A stretch of DNA of 39,849 nt, taken from the NCBI GenBank assembly GCA_944390445.1, contig CALXQB010000002.1, positions 1 to 39,849 on the forward strand, given 5' to 3'. The stretch comes from an uncultured Clostridia bacterium (GTDB lineage: Bacteria > Bacillota > Clostridia > TANB77 > CAG-508). Numbering within the stretch: position 1 is the stretch's first letter; every line of letters starts with the position of its first letter. The translations under genes and the position numbers were made by a program. Under the pieces are notes generated by a model, which had not been told where the DNA came from, made no database searches, and worked only from the letters and a program-made list of their open reading frames with translations. Positions 16,724 through 25,981 of the stretch are shown piece after piece.

Positions 16724-18203
16724 ATGGAGAATTTAGAAATATATCAAGATATTAGCAAAAGAACAGATGGCGATATATATGTAGGAGTGGTAGGACCAGT
16801 AAGAACAGGAAAATCTACTTTTATCAAAAGATTTATGGATTTACTAGTAATTCCTAATATTGAAAATACTTACAAAAAAGAAAGAGCAAGAGATGAACTT
16901 CCACAAAGTGCAGCAGGAAGAACAATTATGACAACAGAGCCAAAATTTGTACCAAATGAAGCAGTTGAAATTACAATTGGAGAAAACATTAAGCTAAAAA
17001 CTAGGCTAGTAGATTGTGTAGGCTATTTGGTAGACAATGCACTTCGGTTATATGGAAGATGAAACACCTAGAATGGTAAAAACACCATGGTCAGATGAAC
17101 CAATGCCTTTTGAAATTGCAGCAGAAATGGGAACAAAAAAAGTAATTGAAGAACATTCTACAATAGGGATATTAGTGACAACAGATGGAAGCATTACAGA
17201 AATTCCTAGAGAAGATTATATTGAGGCAGAAGAAAGAGTAGCAGCCGAATTAAAAGCACTTAATAAACCATTTGTGATTGTATTAAATACAGATAGCCCT
17301 AATTCAGACTATACAAGAACATTAGCAGCAAAATTAGAAGCAAAATATGGTGTTTCTGTATTACCAACAGATTGTTCGAATCTTAATATTGATGATATCA
17401 ACACGATTTTTGGGAAAATTCTATATGAATTTCCAATTGAAAGAATTAATATTAATTATCCTAGATGGATTGAAGGATTGAGCCTAGAACATCCACTAAA
17501 AGCAGAACTATATAAAGAAATAAAAGAGGCTTTTTCAGGGGTAAAAGTAGTAAAACAAATTAATGATGGTGTTAGTAAAATTCAAAAAACAGAAATTATA
17601 GAGAAAACATCTGTCGAAAATATTAATTTAGGAAATGGAAATGTCAATACAACAATTACGGTAAAAGAAAACTTATTTTATCAAGTATTAACAGAAATTT
17701 CAGGAATGGATTTAAAAAATGAGGCAGACTTATTTTCTACAATTACTTCATTAGCAAATACGAAAAGAGAATATGACAAGATAGCTTATGCCATACAAGA
17801 GGTTAAACAAACTGGTTATGGGATTGTAACACCAACTATGGACGAATTGATTTTAGATGAACCAGAAATGGTAAAACAAGGTTCTCGCTTTGGTGTAAAG
17901 TTAAAAGCAAAGGCACCATCAATACACATGATTAGAGCAGACATCGAAACAGAAGTATCTCCAATTGTAGGTAGTGAAAAACAATCAGAAGAATTAGTAA
18001 ATTACTTATTAGCAGAATTTGAAAATGATCCTAAAAAAATATGGGAGTCAAATATTTTCGGAAAAAATTTACACGAATTAGTAAATGAAGGCTTGCAAAA
18101 TAAATTAGCTAGAATGCCAGAAGATGCACAAGAAAAATTACAAGAAACATTAGAGAGAATTGTAAACGAAGGAAGCGGAGGATTAATTTGTATTATACTT
18201 TAA
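16724..18203 (+). pseudogene. spoIVA: Stage IV sporulation protein A (SpoIVA), interrupted by a 1-nt frameshift
   Basis: The N-terminal ORF carries VGVVGPVRTGKSTFIKRFM (Walker A), ELPQSAAGRTIMTTEPKFVP and RLVDCVGY. The second ORF continues GYMEDETPRMVKTPW...EHSTIGILVTTDGS...NEGSGGLICIIL. The frames join as VDNAL/GYMED if one base is removed near 17042-17048 (cttcggt). Confidence 0.9.
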
Positions 18204-18297
18204 AATAAACTACGGCAATTTAGAAAAAGGCTTGACAAAAAGCAATCAATCATATAAGATGAAAAAGGACAAAAATGATATGTAAAGAAATAAAAAC

Positions 18298-18407
18298 GAA
18301 AAAATGCATGTAGGGTGTCGCTACCACGGAGACCCATGCTACGAAGAAATTTCTTAAAACGTAAGGGCGGTTTTAATCGCCCGCTCTTTGAAGAGATTAC
18401 GAAAAAC
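18298..18407 (+). repeat. GC-hairpin leader repeat, copy C (tandem: a variant unit plus a canonical unit)
   Basis: The unit at 18361-18407 is gtaagggcggttttaatcgcccgctctttgaagagattacgaaaaac (canonical). The unit at 18298-18360 starts gaaaaaatgcatgtaggg and ends gaagaaatttcttaaaac, but carries a different GC-rich hairpin (gcatg..ggtgtc / gagacc..catgc). Confidence 0.75.
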
Positions 18408-18429
18408 ACATGAAAAAAGGAGTAAGAAA

Positions 18430-19140
18430 ATGAATTTAGATTTAAATTATTATTTTAACCATTATGAAGACAATGAGATTTTCAAAGAATTAACAAAAGG
18501 AATCCAAAATATTTGGGAGTTACACGATACAGCAAATGCTTATTTAGAAAAAAACATTGTAGAAAAAGGAGTAAAAGAGAATAAAGGAAAATTATTAGGA
18601 GAGGCAAACTTTATAGGAAATTACTTTATAGATGAAGGTACAAAGATATATGCGGGAGCTACTATAGAAGGACCTGTATATATTGGAAAAAATTGCAAAA
18701 TCATGCCAGGAGCCTATGTAAGACCTGGAACCATTACAGGAGATAATTGTGTAATTGGATTTAATTCAGAAGTAAAAAATAGCATTATTCAAAATGGTGC
18801 CAAAGTCGCAAGTCTTGCTTTTGTAGGAGATAGTATTTTAGGAAAGAGTGCAAGAATTGGTTCTGGAGTTATTACAGCCAATAGAAGATTTGATCAAAAA
18901 AATATTAAGATCAAAAAAGGAATTGAAAAAATAGATACAGGGAATGATTTCTTTGGTGTGATTATAGGAGATTATGCAAGAATAGGGGCAAATTCTGCAA
19001 CACTTCCAGGAACTTTTATTGGACCATATACTTGGATATATCCATTAACTTCTGTAAGAGGATTTATTCCAGCAGAAAAAAGAGTATACCAAAAAGTAGA
19101 ATTAACTTATGAAGATAATGCAAAAACAGAATTAAAATAG
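18430..19140 (+). CDS. Left-handed beta-helix (hexapeptide-repeat) transferase family protein
   Basis: It contains repeated [LIV]-G-x4 hexapeptides (IGKNCKIMPGAYV, IGFNSEVKNSII, LGKSARIGSGVI, IGDYARIGANSA). RBS aaaggag is present. The start is at the ATG at 18430, downstream of the repeat element. Confidence 0.7.
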   Translation: MNLDLNYYFNHYEDNEIFKELTKGIQNIWELHDTANAYLEKNIVEKGVKENKGKLLGEANFIGNYFIDEGTKIYAGATIEGPVYIGKNCKIMPGAYVRPGTITGDNCVIGFNSEVKNSIIQNGAKVASLAFVGDSILGKSARIGSGVITANRRFDQKNIKIKKGIEKIDTGNDFFGVIIGDYARIGANSATLPGTFIGPYTWIYPLTSVRGFIPAEKRVYQKVELTYEDNAKTELK

Positions 19141-19290
19141 GGAAGAGATTGAAGGAGAAAAAAATAACAAAAACTATCTATCTTGGGTATAATATAAAAT
19201 ATTACGCTCGAGATAATTAATTTTTGCATTGACAAAAATGTTAAAAAAGAATTAAATAAAATTAAAATTATAAAAAAACGGAGGAAAAAA

Positions 19291-20520
19291 ATGGAGAAAG
19301 AACAAAAAAGAGAAGAAAAAGGAATCACTCTAGTTGCACTAGTGGTAACAATTATTGTATTAATTATTTTAGCGGGAGTAACTTTAAATATTGTATTAGA
19401 TAATGATGGGATTGTTAGCAAGACAAAGGAAGCAACAGAAGAATACGAAAATGCCCAAAGAGGAGAACAAGAATTATTAGGAGTAGTCGAAGACTATATA
19501 GAATATGCAGGGAAAACAGCACCAATACCAGAAGGATATACAGCATCACAAATAACAACAGAAGATTCTGTGGCAGAAGGATTAGTTATATATGAAATAC
19601 CAGAAGGAGCAACAGTAGATTGGGAGAATCAGACCATCACGATAGAGGGAAGCACAACAAATTTACAAGAGACTGTAGACCAATATGTATGTATACCAGT
19701 AGATGATATCAATAGTATGGTAATGTGCAGAAGTAATAGTGGAGATAGTGTATGTAATTTAATATTAGAAGGAGAAATATTAAAATGTACAACTCATACG
19801 GATACAGATACCTCCACCGACTTGGTGGGTAGATTGTATACTAGCTCAATGGTTAACCCAGGTAATAATATTTGTTCTTATGAAATGGATTTTACAAAAA
19901 GGGATCAAATATTTAACGAGGCTGACTATCATGAACCTGCGATATTGACTGATGATGCAAGCAACAGTAGTATTACAATAGAACAATTAAAGGATGAGTT
20001 TAAGATTATGGCAACTAGTGTAGCAAAAAATGGAGGATTTTATATCAGTAGATATGAAGTGGGAAGAGACGGTGAAAGTAAAAAAGGACAACCGGTATTA
20101 ACAGCAGCAAGTAGTGATAATGTAAGCTCAAATTATTTAGGTGCTAATACATGGTACGGATTATATGATACATTAAGAGATTTGGGTAATAATCAACAAA
20201 TGATATGGGGATGCCAATATGACCAAGTAATAAAATTTGTAGGAGAAGAATCAGAAATAGGACATGCAGATAAGAATTTAACTGAAACCCCAGCTTTATC
20301 TGGAGAGAATGAATTAGATAAGTTAAAGAATGTATATGACATTGAAGGTAATCATATTGAATGGATATTAGAGGCACGATCTGCTAATACTCGAACAGGA
20401 CGAGGCAATAATTTCTTTGGTGTGAGTATTAATTATTTCAATCCAGCTAGTGGGCGTTATGCTAATTATCCAACTTATCCATTCGAATACTGTTCCTCAC
20501 GTTCTACAATATACATATAG
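19291..20520 (+). CDS. Pilin-like (prepilin-type N-terminal helix) protein with a C-terminal FGE-sulfatase/SUMF1-like domain
   Basis: The N-terminus, KREEKGITLVALVVTIIVLIILAGVTLNIV, followed by DGIVSKTKEATEEYENAQ, resembles class III signal or pseudopilin helices but lacks Glu at +5. The C-terminus carries GGFYISRYEV, NVYDIEGNHIEW and RGNNFF, which resemble FGE-sulfatase-fold motifs. Confidence 0.6.
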   Translation: MEKEQKREEKGITLVALVVTIIVLIILAGVTLNIVLDNDGIVSKTKEATEEYENAQRGEQELLGVVEDYIEYAGKTAPIPEGYTASQITTEDSVAEGLVIYEIPEGATVDWENQTITIEGSTTNLQETVDQYVCIPVDDINSMVMCRSNSGDSVCNLILEGEILKCTTHTDTDTSTDLVGRLYTSSMVNPGNNICSYEMDFTKRDQIFNEADYHEPAILTDDASNSSITIEQLKDEFKIMATSVAKNGGFYISRYEVGRDGESKKGQPVLTAASSDNVSSNYLGANTWYGLYDTLRDLGNNQQMIWGCQYDQVIKFVGEESEIGHADKNLTETPALSGENELDKLKNVYDIEGNHIEWILEARSANTRTGRGNNFFGVSINYFNPASGRYANYPTYPFEYCSSRSTIYI

Positions 20521-20626
20521 TATAAGTTGTTAGTTAAGATTTGAAAGTAAGCATATTAGTCGGCTCCCAGAAGGAAGACTTTGCTAAAATACATAGAAAG
20601 GATACACAAATTAACAACCTAGAAAT

Positions 20627-20662
20627 AAAACAGGCTCGCTAAAACGAACCTGTTTTATACTT
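20627..20662. terminator. Bidirectional terminator hairpin between the convergent pilin-like gene and mgtA
   Basis: The sequence is aaaacaggctcg-ctaaaa-cgaacctgtttt: an 8-bp stem with one mismatch, with T-runs on both strands. Confidence 0.5.
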
Positions 20663-20692
20663 TTCTAAGTTTCATATTACTTCCTATGAGGA

Positions 20693-23314
20693 CTATATCC
20701 ATTCTTTATAAACTTTAATATAATCTTTCTTAGCAAGTAGGGCAACAAAGCAATAAATCACTGGAATGAGTAAGATAAATCCAATATATGTTAGATTTAA
20801 TGGCACTAATCCAATGGTTTTTCCAAGCCAAGTATAAGGAACAATAATTGCTACAATGCTAAGTAAAATTGAGGAAGCATAAACCATTTTAGAGGCATTG
20901 CTTTGGAAAAATGGAATTTTGGCAGTCCTAATAATATGAAGTCCAACTAAATTAGAAACAATACCATAAGAGAACCATATTGTTTGGAACAAAGCAACAT
21001 CATTTTCTCTTAAACCAAATCCAAACCATAGAGAAGCAAATACAATTAAATCAAAAATAGAGCTGACTGGTCCCATGGCAAACATGAAGTGTTTAATACT
21101 CTTCATATTCCATTTTGTAGGCTTTGCTAAATATTCAGGGTCAACATTATCAAAAGGTAGAGTCAATTGACCAAGATCATATAATAAACTTTGTACTAAT
21201 AATTGAATTGGTGTGATTGGTAAAAATGGTAGAAAAATACTAGCAATTAAAACAGATAATACTTCACCAAAATTAAAGCTAACAGCCATTTTTATATATT
21301 TTAATAAATTAGCAAATGTTTTTCTTCCTTCTACAACTCCATCTAAAAGAACTTTTAAATCTTTTTCTAATAAAATAATATCAGCAGTTTCTTTAGCAAT
21401 ATCTACAGCAGAATCTACAGAAATACCTACATCAGAATTTACTAAGGATGGGCTATCATTAATGCCATCACCCATGTAACCAACCGTATTTTCAGATTGT
21501 TTTAAAATTCTTACAATTCTGGCTTTTTGAATAGGAGAAAGTTTAGCAAAAATATTTACTTTTTTGGTTAAACGATACACTGCGGTATCTGATAACTTAT
21601 CGAGTTGACTTCCTAATACAATTTTAGAAGAGTAAATACCTACTTTATCACAAACAGATTTTGTAACTTCAGCATTATCGCCAGTCAAAACCATAACACG
21701 AATTCCATAATGGTTTAATTTTTCAATTGCTTCTTTTGCACTTTCCTTAGGAGGGTCTAAAAAGCCTATAAATCCTGTTAAAGTCATTTGTTTTTCATCT
21801 TTTACACTTAAAGGATGGGATAAGTCAATATTTTTCTTTTTACATACAGCAACAACACGTAGACCTTCTTCATTTAATTTTTTTGTAATTTTTAAAATAT
21901 TTTCTTTTATACTGCTTGTAATTGAATCTACAACATCATTTTTTTCTACAAAAGAACAAATATTTAAAATTTCTTCTACTGCACCTTTTGTAATTAATAA
22001 AGTATCATTTCCATGTTTTACAACAACAGAAAGTCTTCTCCTAGAAAAATCAAAAGGAATTTCATCTAACTTTTCATATTCTTCTTTAATAGAGGTAATA
22101 TTTTCCTTTTCTGCTCTTTGAATAACGGCTGTATCAATGTTTGCTCTCAGACCAGATTGAAAATAAGCATTTAGGTAAGCATCACCTAGAACATGCATAT
22201 CTTCAGTTCCATCACTATCTAAGTATTTTTCAAGAACAATTCTATCTTCTGTTAAAGTTCCAGTTTTATCTGTACATAAAATATTCATACTTCCAAAACT
22301 TTGAACAGAGTCTAGTTTTTTTACAATGGTTTTCTTTTTAGACATACGAACAGCACCTTTGGCTAAACTGGAAGAAAGAATAACAGGAAGCAATAAAGGT
22401 GTAATTCCAATCGCGATTGCAACTGCAAAAGTAAATGCTGTTAAAGTATTGTGTTTCCATGCATTTACTAAAAAAGTAAGTGGAATAATAATTAGCATAA
22501 AACGAATTAATAATTTGCTGATACTTTTAATTCCTTTTTGAAAAGCTGTATCGGGTTTGCCTTGTGATAAAGTATGGGCAATTTTTCCTAAATAGGTATC
22601 GTCTCCAACTTTAATAACAATTCCCTTAGCATAACCACTTACAACATTGCTACCAGTAAAACAAAGAGTATCTAAATCTGATATAGAATCAATATCTTCT
22701 ATTTTTTTGATTTCAGAATTTGCTAATTTTTTTACAGAATCTGATTCACCAGTAAGAGAAGATTGGCTAACATATAAATCTTTAGATTCTATAATTCTTA
22801 AATCAGCAGGAATTAAATCGCCGGCAGATAGTGATACTAGGTCTCCTACGGTAATTTGATCCATGGGAATTTTAACAAAATCTTTGCCTCTTTTTACGGT
22901 AGAAGTGGTGGCTACCAATTCTTTTAATTTCTCTGCTGCTTTATTTGAACGAAATTCTTCAAAAAATTCTAGTAAAGCACTTACAATAATTAAAATAGCA
23001 ATTACCGTAATGTTTGCATAGCTAGGTTCTGGAGGAAGAATAATATCTGTATAAATTAATACAGCGATAATTCCCATTAAAATACTATTGAAAGGGCTAA
23101 ATAAACTTTTAAAAAAATAATGGTACCATTTTGGTGGTTTTGCTCTTTTAATTAAATTAGGGCCATAAGCTTTCAAGTTTTCTTGAGCCTGCTCATTAGA
23201 GAGTCCTTCTGCTGAAAAATGATTTTTTTGTAAAAAAGCATCTGTATCTAAAACACAATTTTCACCATATATTTTTTCAATTTCAACATCTTCTTTTATT
23301 GGATTTTGTGTCAT
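20693..23314 (-). CDS. mgtA: Magnesium-translocating P-type ATPase MgtA
   Basis: Motifs present are CTDKTGTLT (phosphorylation site), TGES, VLTGDN and GDGINDSPSL. The MgtA-specific TM segment FLPFLPITPIQLLVQSLLYDLGQLTLPFDNVD is also present. The start is at the ATG at 23314 (MTQNPIKED) with RBS gaggtg; the 42-codon upstream extension in the ORF track runs into the terminator. Confidence 0.95.
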   Translation of the reverse strand: MTQNPIKEDVEIEKIYGENCVLDTDAFLQKNHFSAEGLSNEQAQENLKAYGPNLIKRAKPPKWYHYFFKSLFSPFNSILMGIIAVLIYTDIILPPEPSYANITVIAILIIVSALLEFFEEFRSNKAAEKLKELVATTSTVKRGKDFVKIPMDQITVGDLVSLSAGDLIPADLRIIESKDLYVSQSSLTGESDSVKKLANSEIKKIEDIDSISDLDTLCFTGSNVVSGYAKGIVIKVGDDTYLGKIAHTLSQGKPDTAFQKGIKSISKLLIRFMLIIIPLTFLVNAWKHNTLTAFTFAVAIAIGITPLLLPVILSSSLAKGAVRMSKKKTIVKKLDSVQSFGSMNILCTDKTGTLTEDRIVLEKYLDSDGTEDMHVLGDAYLNAYFQSGLRANIDTAVIQRAEKENITSIKEEYEKLDEIPFDFSRRRLSVVVKHGNDTLLITKGAVEEILNICSFVEKNDVVDSITSSIKENILKITKKLNEEGLRVVAVCKKKNIDLSHPLSVKDEKQMTLTGFIGFLDPPKESAKEAIEKLNHYGIRVMVLTGDNAEVTKSVCDKVGIYSSKIVLGSQLDKLSDTAVYRLTKKVNIFAKLSPIQKARIVRILKQSENTVGYMGDGINDSPSLVNSDVGISVDSAVDIAKETADIILLEKDLKVLLDGVVEGRKTFANLLKYIKMAVSFNFGEVLSVLIASIFLPFLPITPIQLLVQSLLYDLGQLTLPFDNVDPEYLAKPTKWNMKSIKHFMFAMGPVSSIFDLIVFASLWFGFGLRENDVALFQTIWFSYGIVSNLVGLHIIRTAKIPFFQSNASKMVYASSILLSIVAIIVPYTWLGKTIGLVPLNLTYIGFILLIPVIYCFVALLAKKDYIKVYKEWI

Positions 23315-23395
23315 AAAATTCACCTCGTAGATAGTATACCAATATATAGAAAAAATATAAAGTGAATAGAAGAAAAAAATAAAATTTTTCCTATT

Positions 23396-23435
23396 CAACA
23401 AAAAAAGAAGTCGAAATCTCAACAGAAATCGACTC
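23396..23435 (-). terminator. Rho-independent terminator after the 125-aa membrane protein gene
   Basis: On the minus strand the stem ggagtcga...tcgacttc (8 bp including one G-U) is followed by tttttttg. It lies 14 nt after the stop at 23449. Confidence 0.6.
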
Positions 23436-23448
23436 CTCATTTTTCTAG

Positions 23449-23826
23449 CTACATTTGTTGCTCGCCAGGAATAATATAATCAACAATGCCATAAACTAAA
23501 GCACCAATAATAGCTGCAATCCAAGATATTGTATAACCTGCTACAAAGTATTGTGTTAAATAAAGTATAATAGCAGCTAATACAAAACCTACAAAGCCTT
23601 TACCAAATGGACTAGCATGAAGACCTGTAAATTTTACAATTAAATAATCCATAACTGTAAGAACAATAGCAGCTAAACCTAATGCCCATATATTATTAAT
23701 ATGGAATCCAGGTGTAAAAAATGCAGTAATAGCAAGAACGATGGCTGCTACAATAAGTCTTCCAACTATTTGCCAAATAGTACTTGTTGTGTTTTGACTT
23801 CTTGTATTTGATTGATTATCACTCAT
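23449..23826 (-). CDS. Four-TM membrane protein, phage holin family 4 / DUF360 (YvlD)-like
   Basis: The segment FTPGFHINNIWALGLAAIVLTVMDYLI, with a second similar half, resembles the internally duplicated PF04020-type pattern (LVPGIHVDGFWTALLAALVLGLVN) as I remember it. Confidence 0.5.
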   Translation of the reverse strand: MSDNQSNTRSQNTTSTIWQIVGRLIVAAIVLAITAFFTPGFHINNIWALGLAAIVLTVMDYLIVKFTGLHASPFGKGFVGFVLAAIILYLTQYFVAGYTISWIAAIIGALVYGIVDYIIPGEQQM

Positions 23827-23995
23827 AGTGTTAAAACCTCCAATCTCTTAAATATATATATTTAATTTTGAGCTTTTTTTGCTTTGATACAAATATTATT
23901 AACATTTTGAAAAAATATATACAAAAACATTCAAGTATATTTTTAGAAATTTTGCAAAAAATATACGAAGAAAATAAGAAAAAAGGATGAAAAAA

Positions 23996-24673
23996 ATGAT
24001 TATTACATTTATTAGAGTGGTAATATTATACATATTAGTATTGCTAACAATGAGGTTAATGGGGAAAAGAGAAATTGGACAATTACAACCGTTTGAATTA
24101 GCCATTGCTATTATGATAGCAGATTTAGCTTCTGTTCCCATGGCTGATATTGGAATCCCTATTACTAGTGGAATTGTACCTATATTAGCATTGCTTTTTT
24201 TACATCTAGGTATTTCTTTGATCAATTTAAAAAGCATAAAATTAAGAGAGTTTGTTTGCGGAAAACCTTCTATACTAATTTATCGTGGAAAAATTGATGA
24301 GAAAGCATTAAAAAAAGAACGATTTACAATTAATGAATTACAAGAGAGATTAAGAATTAATAATGTATTTAATATAGGAGATGTAGAATATGCCATTTTA
24401 GAAACAAGTGGACAAGTAACGGTAATTCAAAAGCCCGAAAAAAGAAATACACAGCCAGCAGACTTTAAAATAATTCCAGAATATGAAGGTATCCCATATG
24501 ACTTAGTGGTAGATGGAAAAGTTATGAAAGAAAATTTAAAAACGATTGGCAAAGATGATATCTGGTTAAAAAAACAAGTGGGAAAATTTGGAATGAGACC
24601 AGAAGAAGCATTATTAGTGACTTTTGATGGAAAAGGGCAAATATTCTGTCAAAAGAAAGGAAAAGCAAGATGA
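23996..24673 (+). CDS. DUF421 (YetF/YdfS-type) membrane protein
   Basis: The sequence LTMRLMGKREIGQLQPFELAIAIMIADLAS is the characteristic N-terminal block of DUF421 proteins, and the C-terminal soluble domain is also present. The ATG at 23996 has better spacing from RBS aaagga than the ATG at 23987. Confidence 0.8.
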   Translation: MIITFIRVVILYILVLLTMRLMGKREIGQLQPFELAIAIMIADLASVPMADIGIPITSGIVPILALLFLHLGISLINLKSIKLREFVCGKPSILIYRGKIDEKALKKERFTINELQERLRINNVFNIGDVEYAILETSGQVTVIQKPEKRNTQPADFKIIPEYEGIPYDLVVDGKVMKENLKTIGKDDIWLKKQVGKFGMRPEEALLVTFDGKGQIFCQKKGKAR

Positions 24674-25065
24674 AAGAAACTATTATTATGATAATCATAT
24701 TAATTCTCATAATTGCTTCTGGTATAGGCATACAAAAATATTTAGTTGAGTCTAGTAATATGCTATGTGAAAAACTAGAAAATTTAAAAACAGAAATAGG
24801 GATGGCAAAACAAGAACAAAAAACAACAGAGAATATCAATCGATTAGCAAATGAAATAGAAGAAGAGTGGAAAGAAATTAATAAAATATGGTCAACTGTA
24901 ATTCTTCATGAGGAATTAGACATGATAGAAATATCCCTATTGGAAGTAAAATCTTCTATTCAAGTACAGGACTTAGAAAGTAGCTTAGAAGAAATTGATA
25001 AAACCATTTTTTTAGTAGGACATATTAAAGAAAAAGAAGCTCTAAAATGGAGAAATATATTTTAA
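24670..25065 (+). CDS. Small N-terminally anchored protein, DUF4363-like partner of DUF421
   Basis: It has a single N-terminal TM helix and a helical body. Its start overlaps the DUF421 stop (ATGA). A DUF421 + DUF4363 gene pair is a recurrent arrangement in Clostridia, from memory. Confidence 0.5.
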   Translation: MKETIIMIIILILIIASGIGIQKYLVESSNMLCEKLENLKTEIGMAKQEQKTTENINRLANEIEEEWKEINKIWSTVILHEELDMIEISLLEVKSSIQVQDLESSLEEIDKTIFLVGHIKEKEALKWRNIF

Positions 25066-25088
25066 AAAAGCTCATAATTTGAGCTTTT
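25066..25088. terminator. Bidirectional terminator between convergent genes
   Basis: The sequence is aaaagctca-taatt-tgagctttt: a perfect 9-bp stem flanked by A and T runs. It overlaps the stop of the HD gene. Confidence 0.6.
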
Positions 25089-25611
25089 AAAATATTCTAA
25101 AAATTAATAGACTTAAAAATACATATGCATAACGATATAATTTTTGTATTTTTAAATTATGTTTATAATAATCAACTGTTTCCTGCATGGTAGCCATCTT
25201 ATCTGCTAAACTTACAATATAGCTTTCCTTATAGCGAGGAAGAAAAACAGTAATTGGCCACATATGTTTCAAAATAATATCTTTTTCTTTTGGGCTTAAA
25301 TCAAAAAGTTTTTCTGCATTATTTAAAGCAATTCTTGGATGCCTGAAACCATGGAGCCTTGGACTCTTTTCAGATTTAATTCTCCAATCATATAAAAATA
25401 AATCATGAACCATGGCAGCACGAACAGCAGATGTAGAATCTAAATGGTATTTTTTACAAAGCAAATAAGTATAAAAGGCAACATGTTTACAATGCTCATA
25501 GCAGTTCGTATTATAATGATGCCTATATTGTTTCATTTCACAAATTGTTTCATTTTCCTCAAAATCAGAGATAAGTTCCTGAAATTCTATTAAATCATTT
25601 GTATTATTCAA
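25087..25611 (-). CDS. HD-domain phosphohydrolase
   Basis: It contains H...HD (CYEHCKHVAFY, MVHDLFLYDW) and later conserved His/Asp residues. The proposed start is the TTG at 25611, 9 nt after RBS aagagg and downstream of an extended -10 tgctataat (25633-25641). The alternative ATG at 25644 has no RBS. Confidence 0.7.
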   Translation of the reverse strand: MNNTNDLIEFQELISDFEENETICEMKQYRHHYNTNCYEHCKHVAFYTYLLCKKYHLDSTSAVRAAMVHDLFLYDWRIKSEKSPRLHGFRHPRIALNNAEKLFDLSPKEKDIILKHMWPITVFLPRYKESYIVSLADKMATMQETVDYYKHNLKIQKLYRYAYVFLSLLIFRIF

Positions 25612-25981
25612 TCTAATCAACCTCTTATTTTCATTATAGCACATTTTTTGACAAAAGTAATCCCCGTTTTTGCATTTCTTTCTTTTTTTTAAAGGTATCA
25701 TTCCTACAAGAGAAAGTCAAGGAATGCACAGAATACCCTATGAAATTCTAATAGGACATTAAAACATTCCAATGAATACCAATATCTATAAAAGATGTTA
25801 CAAGTGCTGTTCCACAGCCTTTAAACATAGTTTTTTCATTCTTACTACCCAAAGTAGAAGGATAGAATAAATAATATCTTATATTCCCTAATATTATATG
25901 ATATAAAATGGAAAAAGGAATCAATTTGTGATATAATAAGAAAAAATTAAGAATAGGATTTCGTGAAAAGAGGGGATTTTC

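Noticed and set aside
18200-18409. A 69-aa minus strand ORF between spoIVA and the LbH transferase gene.
   Set aside because: It lies entirely within the tandem GC-hairpin repeat region. It has no RBS, and its composition reflects the repeat.
21213-22859. Several 66-88-aa + strand ORFs inside mgtA, and similar antisense ORFs inside ftsH, gerA, the GT genes and the pilin-like gene.
   Set aside because: All are embedded antisense in long, motif-supported genes. This is typical of AT-rich genomes where stop codons are unevenly distributed. None has an RBS or recognisable motifs.
23315-23448. A possible Mg2+ riboswitch (M-box) or leader peptide upstream of mgtA, and the 42-codon N-terminal extension in the ORF track.
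   Set aside because: Only about 130 nt separate mgtA from the upstream gene, and roughly 40 nt of that is the upstream terminator. I see none of the conserved GC-rich M-box helices. The extension has no RBS, whereas the ATG at 23314 follows gaggtg.
25702-25981. Micro-ORFs in the 280-nt divergent intergenic region between the HD gene and nagZ, for example minus strand MFKGCGTALVTSFIDIGIHWNVLMSY (26 aa).
   Set aside because: They have no convincing RBS and no second copy or motif support. The region more plausibly holds the two divergent promoters; an extended -10 tgatataat lies upstream of nagZ.
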